A stretch of 64,000 nucleotides of DNA from Candidatus Hydrogenedens sp. (GCA_016125095.1 WGMK01000007.1:265605-329604), one strand, 5' to 3'; counted from the stretch's first letter, positions 29,593 to 40,282 are shown. A program made the numbers and translations. Notes: generated by a model not told the origin, from the letters alone.

Positions 29593-30629
29593 AGACGCTC
29601 GCACGCATCACCCTGCTTGTATTGCTGTCGGCCTCGGCCGTGTCGGTGTCGGGCTGCATCCCGATGCCGTACCGCACCGGCCCGAACGAAGTGGGCGTAC
29701 GCACCATCAAGATGTCGCTCACCGGCGCCAAGGGTGTGGAAGAGAAGGTATACGAACCGGGCACCACGCATTGGTTCATCCCCTTTTTCACCGACTGGCA
29801 CACCTTCGACACGAGTGTACAGAACCTGCAGATGCTCGGTTCGCTTAACCGGGGCGACCGCACGGGACGCGACGAACTCGTGTTCAAGACCATCGACGGC
29901 AACGACATCTCGCTGGATGTGATCGTGTCGTACAAGCTTATCGAGGAAAAGGCGCCCATGGTGCTGCAGGAAGTCGCGACGAATAGCGACGAACTTCGCG
30001 AGAGCATCGTGCGCACGATTGCGCGCAGCAAGCCGCGCGACATTTTCGGCGAACTGGACACGGAAGACTTCTACATCGCCGGGAACCGTACGGCGAAATC
30101 GCAGGAAGTGCTTGAGGCATTAAATGCCATCCTCATTCCCTACGGCGTCGAGGTAAGCCGCGTGGGCACGGTGGATTACCGCTACAGCCCGGAATACCAG
30201 ACGGCGATCGAGGACAAGAAGGTGGCCGAACAGGAAGCCGAGAAGCTGAAGTCCGAGACGAAGGCCGTTGCGGCGCAGTTTCTGACCGAAGTGGAGAAGG
30301 CCAAGGCGGAAAACGAGAAACTACGCGCCGAGGCCGATGGCGATTACCGCCGCGCAGTCATCGAGGCGGACGCCTACTTCGAGCAGCAGAAGAGCCTGGC
30401 GAAGGCGATCTTGGCAGAAGGCAAGGCCGAGGCGGAGGCGATCAAGGAAATGAACGCGGCGCTCTCCGGCCAAGGCGGCGAGGCGATGGTCAAGCTGAAG
30501 ATTGCCGAATCGCTCAAGGACAAGCGCATCCTGATGCTGCCCACGGGCGGCGGCGGGCTCGACGTGCGCAACACCGACGTAAACCAGCTGCTGCAGCTGC
30601 TGGGCGTGCAGGAGCTGGGCAAGAAGTAG
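29589..30629 (+). CDS. SPFH/band-7 protein, subunit 2 (possible lipoprotein)
   Basis: VSGC lipobox-like, TGPNEVGVR, FKTIDGNDISLDVIVSY, AEADG/AEGKAEAEAI coiled coil. ATGA overlap with subunit 1. Confidence 0.82.
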   Translation: MKTLARITLLVLLSASAVSVSGCIPMPYRTGPNEVGVRTIKMSLTGAKGVEEKVYEPGTTHWFIPFFTDWHTFDTSVQNLQMLGSLNRGDRTGRDELVFKTIDGNDISLDVIVSYKLIEEKAPMVLQEVATNSDELRESIVRTIARSKPRDIFGELDTEDFYIAGNRTAKSQEVLEALNAILIPYGVEVSRVGTVDYRYSPEYQTAIEDKKVAEQEAEKLKSETKAVAAQFLTEVEKAKAENEKLRAEADGDYRRAVIEADAYFEQQKSLAKAILAEGKAEAEAIKEMNAALSGQGGEAMVKLKIAESLKDKRILMLPTGGGGLDVRNTDVNQLLQLLGVQELGKK

Positions 30630-30635
30630 CAACGA

Positions 30636-31619
30636 TCAGGGTTCCAGCGCGGGGCAGTCGCCCTCGGAATGCGTCACCGGGTTGCACCGCATGGTGGCTC
30701 CGCCCTCGAATTCGACGACATAGCCGCTGTCTTCGTCCTTCTCGCCGGGAGGATAGTCCGTGTGGATGACCTGCGCCCCGCAGGCGAAGGCTTGGTCGCG
30801 CTTCTTGAAGAAGCCCGATTTGTCACCGGGCGTGGCGCCATCGGCTCGCGTACGGATGTAGTAGCCTTCCTTCAGCCAGGGACCCGTGCGCTCGCTGTAG
30901 GGATTGTTCTCGATGATAAAGGCGGAATAGGCCTCTCCTGGCTCGGATTGGGGGAAGGCAGCGCGGCCCTCGGCCGACGGCCGCGCCTGCAGGTACCAGT
31001 CGCGGATACGCCCTGTGTCGTGCAGCACGAATAGTACCGTGCCGCGCACGCTGTCCAGCTCCGGCCAGCCGGTGCTCGTGACGGCCTCTTCCAGGGTATT
31101 GGCCTCGCCGCGCACCCGGTCGGGGGTAAGCAGGCGCTCCTCGGGAAACACGCCGCGGATGGCCTCGTCCATAACATCGAGTGCTTCCGGCGTATACGGG
31201 AAGATTTCAGGGTCGAGGCGGTTCAGTTCATCCTTCGTTTCCAACAGCACGACAATCGGCACATGCTTGGGGTGGGCGTCGGACCAGGCCTTAATAACCC
31301 CGAGACAATCGGGAAACACGGCGCAGGAACTGTTGTTGTCGTAGTGGGGGACATGCAGCACGCGGAAGCCGGAGCCTGTCCAGTGCAGGTCCAACTCGAA
31401 GCTGCGGACTCCATGCTCCAATTGCTGGTCCAGCGGCAGGTGCTGGTAGTCCCATTCGAGCGCTTCCGGAAACAAGGTGCCAATGGTCTTGAAGTATTCG
31501 GCACCCATGGACTGATGGTAGCTATTGTGCGTGCCAATAATCTGAATCTGGTTCATCCGCAATGGTTCGGCATGCGCGGCGAACGCGGCGACGGCGAGAA
31601 ACAGGACGCAATATCGCAT
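30636..31619 (-). CDS. Ca2+-dependent phosphoinositide phospholipase C-like phosphodiesterase
   Basis: Signal peptide, IGTHNSYH, LDQQLEHGVRSFELDLH, WSDAHPKHVPI, RTRAD and GAQVIHTDYP. Confidence 0.85.
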   Translation of the reverse strand: MRYCVLFLAVAAFAAHAEPLRMNQIQIIGTHNSYHQSMGAEYFKTIGTLFPEALEWDYQHLPLDQQLEHGVRSFELDLHWTGSGFRVLHVPHYDNNSSCAVFPDCLGVIKAWSDAHPKHVPIVVLLETKDELNRLDPEIFPYTPEALDVMDEAIRGVFPEERLLTPDRVRGEANTLEEAVTSTGWPELDSVRGTVLFVLHDTGRIRDWYLQARPSAEGRAAFPQSEPGEAYSAFIIENNPYSERTGPWLKEGYYIRTRADGATPGDKSGFFKKRDQAFACGAQVIHTDYPPGEKDEDSGYVVEFEGGATMRCNPVTHSEGDCPALEP

Positions 31620-31661
31620 GGAGTGATTCCTTTGTATGAACCAGAAGAGGGGTATGCGCGA

Positions 31662-32933
31662 TTAGACCGGCCGGTCGTAAATAAGTTTCAGGCCTGCGTA
31701 GGGATCGACCAGCGTGATGCCGTCCTCATTGAAGAGGGCCGTCACCGGGGCGCCCTTTCCTGCCTCGGTATAGGCGAAGTTCGCCTGGCAGACTTCGCGG
31801 GCGGCGTGCACGATGAGCGCGGTCAGGCGGCCTTCCTCGGCCGTGGGATAAGTACCCGCCAGTTGCTCGCGCGTCTTGCCGAGAAACTTCATCTCTGCCA
31901 CCTTGGCCACGCAGGCAATCACGCTGTCGATGCCGTAGCCGGTGGTTACATGCGACCCGTCCTCGCGCGGTACGTCGCGCAAGACATGCGTGTTCATCGT
32001 TCGCGAGCCATGCCCCGCCGCCGCATAGCGCAGGCCGCGGTATTGCGTGTCGGACTCGATGACGCCGTCGGTGCCGTAGAGGGCGCTTTCCTGGTTCACC
32101 GGCCCCTCGAATCCGTCCGGCATGATCCAGTTGTTGATGAAATCGATGCTCATGCCGTTGTCGAACTGCACCTTGACCTGCACGGCATCGAAGGTATCGA
32201 TTTTAAAGTCGCCGAGCAGCTTTCGCTTCTGGCCCACGGCGTGCAGCGACACGGGCTTCACGCCCAGGTAGGCGATGTAGAGGTCGGTCCAGTGGCAGCC
32301 GACATAGCTGAACGGGTCGCTGTTTTCGGCCCACTGCGCGAAGACCTGCGAGCTGATTTCGAGGGGTTCTTCCAGCACGGCCCGACCATAGAGCGGAGCG
32401 CCGATGCGCTTCGTCAGTACGTCGCGGATGCGTAAGTGGTCGGGATCGTAGCGCTTGTGCATGTCCACGCCGACCAGCAGCCCCTTGGCCTGCGCGAGCT
32501 CGACGATCTTATCGGCCTCAGCGGAGTCGAGCGTCATGGGCTTTTCGACCAGCACGTGCACACCGCGCTCGAGTGCGGCCAGCGTGGGGCCGCCATGTAG
32601 GTTGTCCGGCGTCGCTACCGCCAACAGGTCGAGGTCGGGGTAGGCATCCAGCACGTCCACCCAAGGAGCGACTCCATGGTAGAGCGCGAAATCGAGGCCG
32701 CGCGTGCTCCATTCGGCCAGGCGGGCCTTACCACTGGCCTCGGTACGGGTGGCGAGCGCGACGAACTCGATCTCGACATCGGCGAGTGGACGGGCAAGGT
32801 CATCGAGGCCCAGCCGCCCCAGCCACGGCGCCAGTCCGTTGCGCTGCAATTGGGAATAGGCGGGCAGGTGGACATCCTGCCCGAACATACCGGCACCCGC
32901 GAGGGCGATGCGCAGCTTTCGCGCGCCGCTCAC
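31662..32933 (-). CDS. Gfo/Idh/MocA family oxidoreductase
   Basis: GAGMFG, VATPDNLH, HVLVEKPM, HKRYDP. Confidence 0.87.
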   Translation of the reverse strand: MSGARKLRIALAGAGMFGQDVHLPAYSQLQRNGLAPWLGRLGLDDLARPLADVEIEFVALATRTEASGKARLAEWSTRGLDFALYHGVAPWVDVLDAYPDLDLLAVATPDNLHGGPTLAALERGVHVLVEKPMTLDSAEADKIVELAQAKGLLVGVDMHKRYDPDHLRIRDVLTKRIGAPLYGRAVLEEPLEISSQVFAQWAENSDPFSYVGCHWTDLYIAYLGVKPVSLHAVGQKRKLLGDFKIDTFDAVQVKVQFDNGMSIDFINNWIMPDGFEGPVNQESALYGTDGVIESDTQYRGLRYAAAGHGSRTMNTHVLRDVPREDGSHVTTGYGIDSVIACVAKVAEMKFLGKTREQLAGTYPTAEEGRLTALIVHAAREVCQANFAYTEAGKGAPVTALFNEDGITLVDPYAGLKLIYDRPV

Positions 32934-33994
32934 GGCTTCTCTGCTTCAGGGAACATCTCGACCCGGATAAATTTGCCCGCATCGGCGATAATCCCGGCGA
33001 TGCGCTCCGCCTTCTTGTCGTAAAGCAAGGTCTTGTGCAGCATATCTTCCATCTCTTCAAAGGTGATTTCGCCCGGCTCGTGGCGCGCGTCCACCTGAAT
33101 GATGTGCCAGCCCACCTGGCTGCGGAATGGCTCGGAGACTTCGCCTATCGGGATGGTGAGCATCTGCGCGCCCACTTCCATGCCGACGAGATCGGGCAGG
33201 GCCTCGCGGTAGAGTCCGCCGCGTCCTGCGCTGACGGCATCCTGCGACACGTCGCGGGCGACATCGGCGAAGGCCTCACCATTGACGATACGCTCGCGCG
33301 CCGCCTCGACGCGCGCCCGGGCGTTGTCCCAGGCAAGGTCATCGTTAGCACGAGGACGGATGAGAATCTGGCGCACGTCGGCCGTCATCGCCGGGCGTAG
33401 CGTCTGCCCGGCCTCCTTGGCCTTCGCGTAGAGTTCGCGTACTTCCTCGTCGCTTACGGTTACGTCTTCGGTCTGCTGTTCTTTGTAACGCTCCAACTGT
33501 ATCCGAGAGCGGATTTCGTCCTTCAGTTCCGCTTCGGTCATTTGCATGGACCGAAGGTGGTTCTGGAAGGCCTCTTCGGAGGGCATGCGTTTACGGCGTT
33601 CCAGATAGTCGGCCTCGACCTCTTCGTCTGTTACCTCGATGCCGCTGTTTGCGGCCAGGATGCGAAGTAGCCGCGCGGTAATCAGTTCCTGCAGCACCTG
33701 CTTGCGGAACTCCATGGAGGGTCCCTCGTTGGCGCCGGCACGTCCGGCCTGCTGCTCCATGGCCCAGCGGAAGGCCACGTCGTGATCGAAGGCGCCCTTC
33801 GTCAGCTTGTAGTCACCGATCTGCGCGATGATCATGTCCGGAGTTGGCGGCTGTTGTTCGCCATTGAACCGTTCCGAAGGCGCGGTGACGGTGTCCGGGT
33901 CGGAAGAGGAACTTGTACCGGGATTCGTGACGACCTGCGCCGAGGCAAAGCCGCACAGCAACAACGTCGCGGGGAGGATGAGTTTATGCCACAC
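32930..33994 (-). CDS. SurA/PrsA-like parvulin peptidyl-prolyl isomerase
   Basis: Signal peptide from GTG 33994, SurA-N helices (VTDEEVEA), VRQILIR, FADVARDVSQD..SAGRGG and GEVSEPFRSQVGWHIIQV. Confidence 0.85.
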   Translation of the reverse strand: MWHKLILPATLLLCGFASAQVVTNPGTSSSSDPDTVTAPSERFNGEQQPPTPDMIIAQIGDYKLTKGAFDHDVAFRWAMEQQAGRAGANEGPSMEFRKQVLQELITARLLRILAANSGIEVTDEEVEADYLERRKRMPSEEAFQNHLRSMQMTEAELKDEIRSRIQLERYKEQQTEDVTVSDEEVRELYAKAKEAGQTLRPAMTADVRQILIRPRANDDLAWDNARARVEAARERIVNGEAFADVARDVSQDAVSAGRGGLYREALPDLVGMEVGAQMLTIPIGEVSEPFRSQVGWHIIQVDARHEPGEITFEEMEDMLHKTLLYDKKAERIAGIIADAGKFIRVEMFPEAEKP

Positions 33995-35051
33995 GGATGC
34001 GTTTCCCTGTCTTGGCTGCCTGATAGATCTTCTCGATGAGCGCAACCGCGTTGCGCCCCTCGCGGCCGTCAATGCCGGGCGCCTTGCCGGCACGGAGCGC
34101 CTTGGTAAAGTCATCGATCTGGCGGCGGTGTCCCTCGATTTTCAACGAGGCGAGCGGATCGCCCGCGCCGGAACCCAGCGCGGATTCTTCCTTGAGGCTG
34201 GCCTCGATTTTCTTGTCGATGGGCTTCGCCTTGGCGAATTGCCACGAAGTCAGCTTGCCGTCCTCGAGGATGGCGGAGCCCTCGGTGCCGTGGATTTCGA
34301 TGCGGGCGGCGTGGCCCGGATAGATGGCGGTGCTTCCCTCGATGACGCCCATGGCGCCATTCTCGAATTCGAGCATCGCGGTGGCCAGGTCTTCCACTTC
34401 AAGGCCCTTGTGGCCCACCAGCGCCGCCTGTGCGACGACCGACTTCACGGGGCCCATCAGCCACTGGAGCAGGTCGATGTAGTGAATGCCCTGGTTCATC
34501 AGCGCGCCGCCGCCGTCGAGCTTCCAGGTGCCGCGCCAGGCGCCGCTGTCGTAGTAGGCCTGGGAGCGGAACCACTTGATGTAGGCATCGCCGAGCACGA
34601 GTTTGCCGAAGCGTCCCTGATCGACGGCCTGCTTGAGCAACAGCGCGTCGTCGGAGAAGCGGCTCTGGAAGATGCAGCCGAGGCGGACCTTGTGCTGGTC
34701 GCAGGCCCCGATGATCCTGTCGATGCGCTTGGTGGTCACGTCCAGCGGCTTTTCCGAAAGGATGTGCTTGCCGGCCTTGGCGCAGGCCACAACAATTTCC
34801 ATGCGCAGGCCGCTCGGCACGCAGATGCACACGGCATCGAGGTCCGGGCGCTTGAGCATCTCGTGGTAATCGTCATAGGCGTCTGCGCCGTATTGATCGG
34901 CCAGCTTCCGGGCACTCGCCAATACCACGTCAGCCACGCCGACCAGCTTGGCATTTTTCACTTCGGCAATGGCCGCCGCGTGCACGGGGCCGATATTGCC
35001 GCAGCCGATGATTCCGTATCCGATAGGGGGCATGTTGTACTCCTTGGTCAA
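33984..35051 (-). CDS. Gfo/Idh/MocA family oxidoreductase (start possibly 35033)
   Basis: GIIGCGNIG, HILSEKPL, WRGTWKLDGGGALMNQGIHYIDLL, EVED. Confidence 0.9.
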   Translation of the reverse strand: MTKEYNMPPIGYGIIGCGNIGPVHAAAIAEVKNAKLVGVADVVLASARKLADQYGADAYDDYHEMLKRPDLDAVCICVPSGLRMEIVVACAKAGKHILSEKPLDVTTKRIDRIIGACDQHKVRLGCIFQSRFSDDALLLKQAVDQGRFGKLVLGDAYIKWFRSQAYYDSGAWRGTWKLDGGGALMNQGIHYIDLLQWLMGPVKSVVAQAALVGHKGLEVEDLATAMLEFENGAMGVIEGSTAIYPGHAARIEIHGTEGSAILEDGKLTSWQFAKAKPIDKKIEASLKEESALGSGAGDPLASLKIEGHRRQIDDFTKALRAGKAPGIDGREGRNAVALIEKIYQAAKTGKRIRVA

Positions 35052-35085
35052 TCGGGGCGAAGTATAGCATCCGGTGCCCCGGGGC

Positions 35086-36129
35086 TCACGTCACCCGGCA
35101 ATTCCGCACCGTATCCACCACGCATTGCACGTTTTCGAAGGGCGTCTCCTTCAGCAGGCCGTGGCTGAGATTGAAGATATGGCCTTGATGGCCGCCTTCG
35201 CGCACGCAGGCCTCCGCCGCGGCGGCAATGCCGGCTGGAGCGCCCTTGACCAGCATCTTGTTGTCGAGATTGCCCTGCAGCACCTGCGATGCCCCGAGCT
35301 GGCTGCGCGCCTCGGTGATGCTGATGGATGCGGGCAGGCTGATGATGTCCGCGCCCGCCGCCGCCAGGTGATCGAGCCGGTTCCAGTCGCGCGCGAAGAC
35401 GATGGACTTCACATAGGGCTTGAGCGCGGCGAAGATGGCCTGCTGATACGGCAGCGCGAACTGTTCGTAGAGCGGGTCGTCGAGGAGAAAGGCCGCCGAT
35501 TCGAACAACTGCACCGCCGCGACGCCGCATTCCGCCTGATATTGAAGGTAGGCGATGGTCATGGCGGTCAATCGCTCGAGCAGCCGATGGACCGCAGCCG
35601 GATTCTCGTGGAGCCAGTGCAGGGATTTCGGCGCGCTGTGGCTGAAACTGCCCCCCTCGATGAGGAAGACCGCGAGTGTCAGCGGGGCGCCTGCGAATCC
35701 CAGCACGGGCAGGCTGTCGTCGAGCTCGCCGCGGATGGAAAGGAGGGTCTCGCGCACAAAGGGTAACTGAGCGGCGATGTCGTAAGGCTCAAAGCGGTCC
35801 AGATCCTCGACCCGCTCAATTGGATTCTCGAGCACCGGACCGGGTGCAAAGACGAAATGGCCGCCCATGGGAGAAAGGGGGGTCAGGATGTCCTGATAGA
35901 AAATGATGGCGTCCACCCCGAGACGCTGGGGCAGCAGCGAGATGCGCGTGGCCAGTTCGGGATGCCGGAACAGCGCCTCCAAGGGCAGCCCGACGCTTTC
36001 GCGCAGTTTCAGGTATTCCGGATCCGTGCGGCCGGCCTGGCGCATCAGCCAGACGGGCGTGCGTTCCGTGCGCTCGCCGCGGGCGGCGCGTTCAAACAGA
36101 TCGTTTTTGTATCGAGGAGGCATGCTCAC
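35086..36129 (-). CDS. hemE: Uroporphyrinogen decarboxylase
   Basis: TPVWLMRQAGR, DAIIFYQDIL, GFAGAPLTLA, VQLFES, LQGNLD and HIFNLSHG. Confidence 0.93.
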   Translation of the reverse strand: MSMPPRYKNDLFERAARGERTERTPVWLMRQAGRTDPEYLKLRESVGLPLEALFRHPELATRISLLPQRLGVDAIIFYQDILTPLSPMGGHFVFAPGPVLENPIERVEDLDRFEPYDIAAQLPFVRETLLSIRGELDDSLPVLGFAGAPLTLAVFLIEGGSFSHSAPKSLHWLHENPAAVHRLLERLTAMTIAYLQYQAECGVAAVQLFESAAFLLDDPLYEQFALPYQQAIFAALKPYVKSIVFARDWNRLDHLAAAGADIISLPASISITEARSQLGASQVLQGNLDNKMLVKGAPAGIAAAAEACVREGGHQGHIFNLSHGLLKETPFENVQCVVDTVRNCRVT

Positions 36130-36144
36130 GCTCTTGCGTCCCGC

Positions 36145-36318
36145 TCAGTCGCCGGGACGGCGGTTGAAATACACGATGACGGCGCCAAGGAGTGAAAGTA
36201 CCAGCCAATGCCAGGATTCCAGTGGCAGGCTGCGGAAGGGTTCTATGGGCATTCCGTAGTATTCGAACAACGCCGCCGCCAGACCACTCACGCACAGCAC
36301 CGCGCCGAGGACATTCAT
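36145..36318 (-). CDS. Small two-TM membrane protein
   Basis: AGGAG RBS before MNVLGAVL, two hydrophobic segments, co-oriented with hemE. Confidence 0.55.
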   Translation of the reverse strand: MNVLGAVLCVSGLAAALFEYYGMPIEPFRSLPLESWHWLVLSLLGAVIVYFNRRPGD

Positions 36319-36452
36319 GCTGCGCTCTCCTTGCGTCGCCCGTGCAGAGTCTTTCAAATGAGCGGCGGTGGAAGCAACCCCGAGGCCGTGCAACCGGCCG
36401 ACCGCCGCCGCTACAATGGCGTTGGAATGCAGCTTAGAGAGGGCGGCATCGC

Positions 36453-38969
36453 GTGAGCGACAAACAGAGGATAGCGGAACTGCAGGCCGAGGTAACCCGG
36501 CTGAAGCAGGCGCTTGCCCGCACCCCCGGGGACCGCGAGGACGGCTCGGGGCTGTTGCACGATTGGAGCGAACGCGTGGACCGCGCCTTCCGGGGCGATT
36601 CCGAAGACAGCCTCGAGCGCCGCGTCGGCGGCGTGTGGCTGTCGCGCGTGGCGGCTGTGCTCACGATGACGGCGGCAGGCATCGGCGCGCGCGCCGCCTA
36701 CGAGGCCGACGAGCTCCTGGGCTTCACGCTCGGCCCATGGGAAAAGGCGGGTATCGGCTACCTGCTCGCGCTGGTGTTTGTGGCTTACGGCTGGTTTGCG
36801 CGGCACCGTGCGGTGCGCGGCCGCTCCACGGTTTACGAGGCGCTCTTCGCCGAGGCCATACTGGGCTGCGGCCTAGCTGGCATCTACTTCGTCACCTTCG
36901 CCGCCGCGTTTATCGAGCCCATGCGGCTGTTTCCGAATCCGGTGTGGGCCCTCGGCCCCCTGGCGGCCTGCGTGCTGCTGCTCGCGGGCGTAAGCCACAG
37001 CCAGCGCAGCCCCACCGTCGCGGGCATCGGGTTCTTCCTTGCGTACTACACGGTCGTGTTCGCCGCCGCCCTTGAGCCCACCTTCGAGGGCCTGCTCTAC
37101 GCGCTGCTTACCTCGACCGTGCTCGCGGCCGTTACGCTCGCCTTCCACATTGCCCATCGCTGGATGCCCCTGTCGTGGGCGGCCATGGCGGCATCGTATC
37201 TGGCCTATGTCTGGCTGTTCGCCTGGAACGCCGCCTCCGGCCTGATCGCACCGGAGCTGCTCTTCTGGCTCTCGCAGGGCTTTCTCGGCCTCAATTACCT
37301 GCTCTTCGCTATCACCGCAATAGCCGATTCCCGCCGGTCCAGCGCCGCGACGATTTCGGCCTATCGCATGGCGATGGCCAACTTCCTGTTCTTCATTCTG
37401 CTGGCTTGGCGGGCCGTCGAACAGGCGTTCCCCGGCCAGGCGGTTTGGCTGTTCACGGGCGTCGCGGCGATCAATGCCGCCTTCGCGGTGGCCTGTGTGC
37501 CCCGGAGCAGCCAGCGGGGACTCTTCGCGCTCAAGGCCGCCGCGCTTGCCGCCGCCGCCATGGCCAGTTACTTCCCGCGCGACCTGCTGCTTTGGGGGCT
37601 GCCACTCGAAGCCGTTGTCCTCTTGCTGCTCTACAAGCGGCAGCACAATCGCCATCTACTGCAATTGAGCGTGCTGTTGTCGGTGATTACGGTGCTGGTC
37701 GCCGCGATGAGTCTCAATCTCCCCGGGCATAGGACGTTTGCCGGGTACGAAATCGCCTCGAGCATGCTCGGTCTATGGGGCGCCTCCATGATGTTCGCGG
37801 TACTTGCCGCACTTTACGAGCACTCGGTTCCCCGGCTGCGGCCTGCCCCGCCGATGCGGCGTCGTAAGGGCGACCGAATCAAGCCTGCGTTTCAACTGCG
37901 CCCGGCGGGTACCGCAGTGCTTCATGCGGCTGCGACGGCGTTTCTGCTGATGAGCTACGGCATCCTGCACTGGGGCGGCGACCCGCTGCTGCCCTTTATC
38001 CTCACCCTAATGGCCGCCGGGGGGGCGCTCGTGGGGTTCATGCTGCGCACGCCGCAAATCGAAGTGGGGGCCGTGCTGCTACTCGGCGCGGCGCATGTCT
38101 GCTTCCATATTTTCTACTGGGCGCCCGTCGCGGGCTTTGTCGATCATCCCTGGTTCGATGTGGGCGCGGGGTTGCTGGCGGCAATCACCTTCGGGGCGGC
38201 CCGGGCGTGGGAACGGTATCTCGTGCGCATCCAGCGCCACGCCCAGCAGAAGGGTGCGGAAGAAAACTGGACCGCGGACCTCGAGCACCAGATGATTGCC
38301 GCCTTGCCGTACGTTGGCGCGACCTTCATCCTGACCACCCTGACCGACCACCTGCTGCCCGCGCCCTATTTACCGGGCGTGCAGGGGGCCATTGGCGTGG
38401 CCTTCGTGCTGGTCGGATACCGCTACGACCTGAATGGCATCAAGGCCTCCGGCGTGTTCGCGACGGCGGCCGCAACGCTCAGCTTCTACACGCAGGTCTA
38501 TGCCACGCCCGAGTTCGTAGCGAACCGGCCCTTGTTCGTCGCCGCGATGGCCGGATATCTGGCCGCGATGACGCTTGCCGAGCGGCTGGTGGCTTTCCTC
38601 GAGAGCCGCGAAGCGAATCCGTCCCGTATCGAGGACGTGCTCCGCTCGTCCATGGTGGCCGTGCTGATGACGATGGGAGCGCTTGGCCTGTTCGAGGTAG
38701 CGCCCTCGCTGCTGCTGCCCGTGGCGCTTCTGGGCTTCGGCGCGTTGCTCATGATTGTCGGCTTTTTTTTCCACGAGAGCCGGTACCGCTGGGCATCGCT
38801 GGCGGTGTTCGCGGCCTCGGTAGGCGCCGCCTTCGTCGGCCTGGACTTCAATCACATCAGCAGCTTCCTCTCCTTCGCGGCCGCGGCCATTGTGCTGCTC
38901 GGCGTGTCGTGGCTCTACACCCGCCGCCCAATCGAGGCCGACACGCCGACCTCGGGACCGCATGGATAG
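36453..38969 (+). CDS. Polytopic membrane protein (DUF2339-like)
   Basis: SLERRVGGVWLSRVAAV N-terminal motif, G.GLAGIYF..FAA, about 20 hydrophobic segments. Confidence 0.7.
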   Translation: MSDKQRIAELQAEVTRLKQALARTPGDREDGSGLLHDWSERVDRAFRGDSEDSLERRVGGVWLSRVAAVLTMTAAGIGARAAYEADELLGFTLGPWEKAGIGYLLALVFVAYGWFARHRAVRGRSTVYEALFAEAILGCGLAGIYFVTFAAAFIEPMRLFPNPVWALGPLAACVLLLAGVSHSQRSPTVAGIGFFLAYYTVVFAAALEPTFEGLLYALLTSTVLAAVTLAFHIAHRWMPLSWAAMAASYLAYVWLFAWNAASGLIAPELLFWLSQGFLGLNYLLFAITAIADSRRSSAATISAYRMAMANFLFFILLAWRAVEQAFPGQAVWLFTGVAAINAAFAVACVPRSSQRGLFALKAAALAAAAMASYFPRDLLLWGLPLEAVVLLLLYKRQHNRHLLQLSVLLSVITVLVAAMSLNLPGHRTFAGYEIASSMLGLWGASMMFAVLAALYEHSVPRLRPAPPMRRRKGDRIKPAFQLRPAGTAVLHAAATAFLLMSYGILHWGGDPLLPFILTLMAAGGALVGFMLRTPQIEVGAVLLLGAAHVCFHIFYWAPVAGFVDHPWFDVGAGLLAAITFGAARAWERYLVRIQRHAQQKGAEENWTADLEHQMIAALPYVGATFILTTLTDHLLPAPYLPGVQGAIGVAFVLVGYRYDLNGIKASGVFATAAATLSFYTQVYATPEFVANRPLFVAAMAGYLAAMTLAERLVAFLESREANPSRIEDVLRSSMVAVLMTMGALGLFEVAPSLLLPVALLGFGALLMIVGFFFHESRYRWASLAVFAASVGAAFVGLDFNHISSFLSFAAAAIVLLGVSWLYTRRPIEADTPTSGPHG

Positions 38970-40275
38970 GCAGGAGGCCGCTGCCCGGACGCTCTGCAAG
39001 GCGCTGCGGGCGGCGGGACACACGGCTTACCTCGCCGGAGGATGCGTCCGCGACCGCCTGCTCGGGGTGCGCCCGAAGGACTACGACATCGCCACCAGCG
39101 CCATGCCGGATGAAATCGCGAACTTGTTTTCCCGTACGGTCGGGGTTGGCGCGGCCTTTGGCGTCATGCTCGTCATCACCGATGCGGGCCCCATCGAAGT
39201 AGCAACATTCCGCACCGATGGCGCCTACAGCGACGGCCGACGCCCGGAGTCGATCGCCTTCGCCGATCCCGAGGCCGACGCTTCCCGCCGCGACTTCACC
39301 ATCAATGCCTTGTTTCTCGACCCCGAGACGGAGGCCATCATCGACTATGTCGGCGGCCGGGAGGACCTGGCCCGGGGCATTATCCGGACGGTGGGGGACG
39401 CTGCCGCGCGGTTTGGCGAAGACCACCTGCGGCTGTTGCGCGCCATCCGCTTCGCCGCACGTCTCGGCTACGAAATCGAGGCAGGCACCGCAATTGCTCT
39501 GCGCGAAAAGGCGGCATCGATTGTAACCACCAGCGCGGAACGCATCCGCGACGAGTTGGTGGGCATGTTTACCGGCCCCCGACCGGGCCGAGCGTTGCAC
39601 CTGCTCGACGAGTATGGCCTGCTGCGACATGTCCTGCCCGAAGTCGCCGCCATGAAGGGCGTCGAACAGCCGCCGGAATATCATCCGGAGGGGGACGTCT
39701 TCATCCATACCGCATTGGTGCTCGACGCCTTGTACCAACCGTCGGCCGCGTTGGCCTTCGGCGCGCTGTTGCACGATGTCGGAAAGCCGTCGACCATCAC
39801 CTACGAGGATCGCATCCGCTTCAACGGCCATCCGGAAGTGGGGGCGGACATGGCCCGCAGAATCGCCCGAAGGCTCAAATTCTCCAACGACGAGAGCGAC
39901 CGCATCGTCTGGCTGGTGGCGATGCACATGCGCGTTGCCTGTATTCCCGATATGCGCGAAGCCAAGCGGAAGCGGCTCGTTCGCACCGAGGGATTCGATG
40001 AACTGCTGGCGCTGTGCCTGGCGGACTGCCGGGGCTCGCTCGGCGATGTCAGCACTATCGCGTGGATTCTGGAATATCTGGCGGAACTGCCCCTGGAGGC
40101 CGCACGGCCGCCGCGGCTCGTCAATGGCAGCCGACTCATTGAACTCGGCTACGCGCCCGGACCGGAATTCAAGGCGATTCTGGCGGCGCTGGAGGACGCT
40201 CAGTTGGAAGGCGAGATAGCGAGCGTTTCGGAAGCAGAGCGCTGGCTGGCGGCGCACTACCCGCGGTCTGCGTAG
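38962..40275 (+). CDS. cca: CCA-adding enzyme / tRNA nucleotidyltransferase with HD domain
   Basis: YLAGGCVRDRLLG..PKDYDIAT, EVATFRTD, RRDFTINA, EDHLRLLRAIRFAA, YHPEGDV and LLHDVGKP. Confidence 0.9.
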   Translation: MDRQEAAARTLCKALRAAGHTAYLAGGCVRDRLLGVRPKDYDIATSAMPDEIANLFSRTVGVGAAFGVMLVITDAGPIEVATFRTDGAYSDGRRPESIAFADPEADASRRDFTINALFLDPETEAIIDYVGGREDLARGIIRTVGDAAARFGEDHLRLLRAIRFAARLGYEIEAGTAIALREKAASIVTTSAERIRDELVGMFTGPRPGRALHLLDEYGLLRHVLPEVAAMKGVEQPPEYHPEGDVFIHTALVLDALYQPSAALAFGALLHDVGKPSTITYEDRIRFNGHPEVGADMARRIARRLKFSNDESDRIVWLVAMHMRVACIPDMREAKRKRLVRTEGFDELLALCLADCRGSLGDVSTIAWILEYLAELPLEAARPPRLVNGSRLIELGYAPGPEFKAILAALEDAQLEGEIASVSEAERWLAAHYPRSA

Positions 40276-40282
40276 TTCAGCC

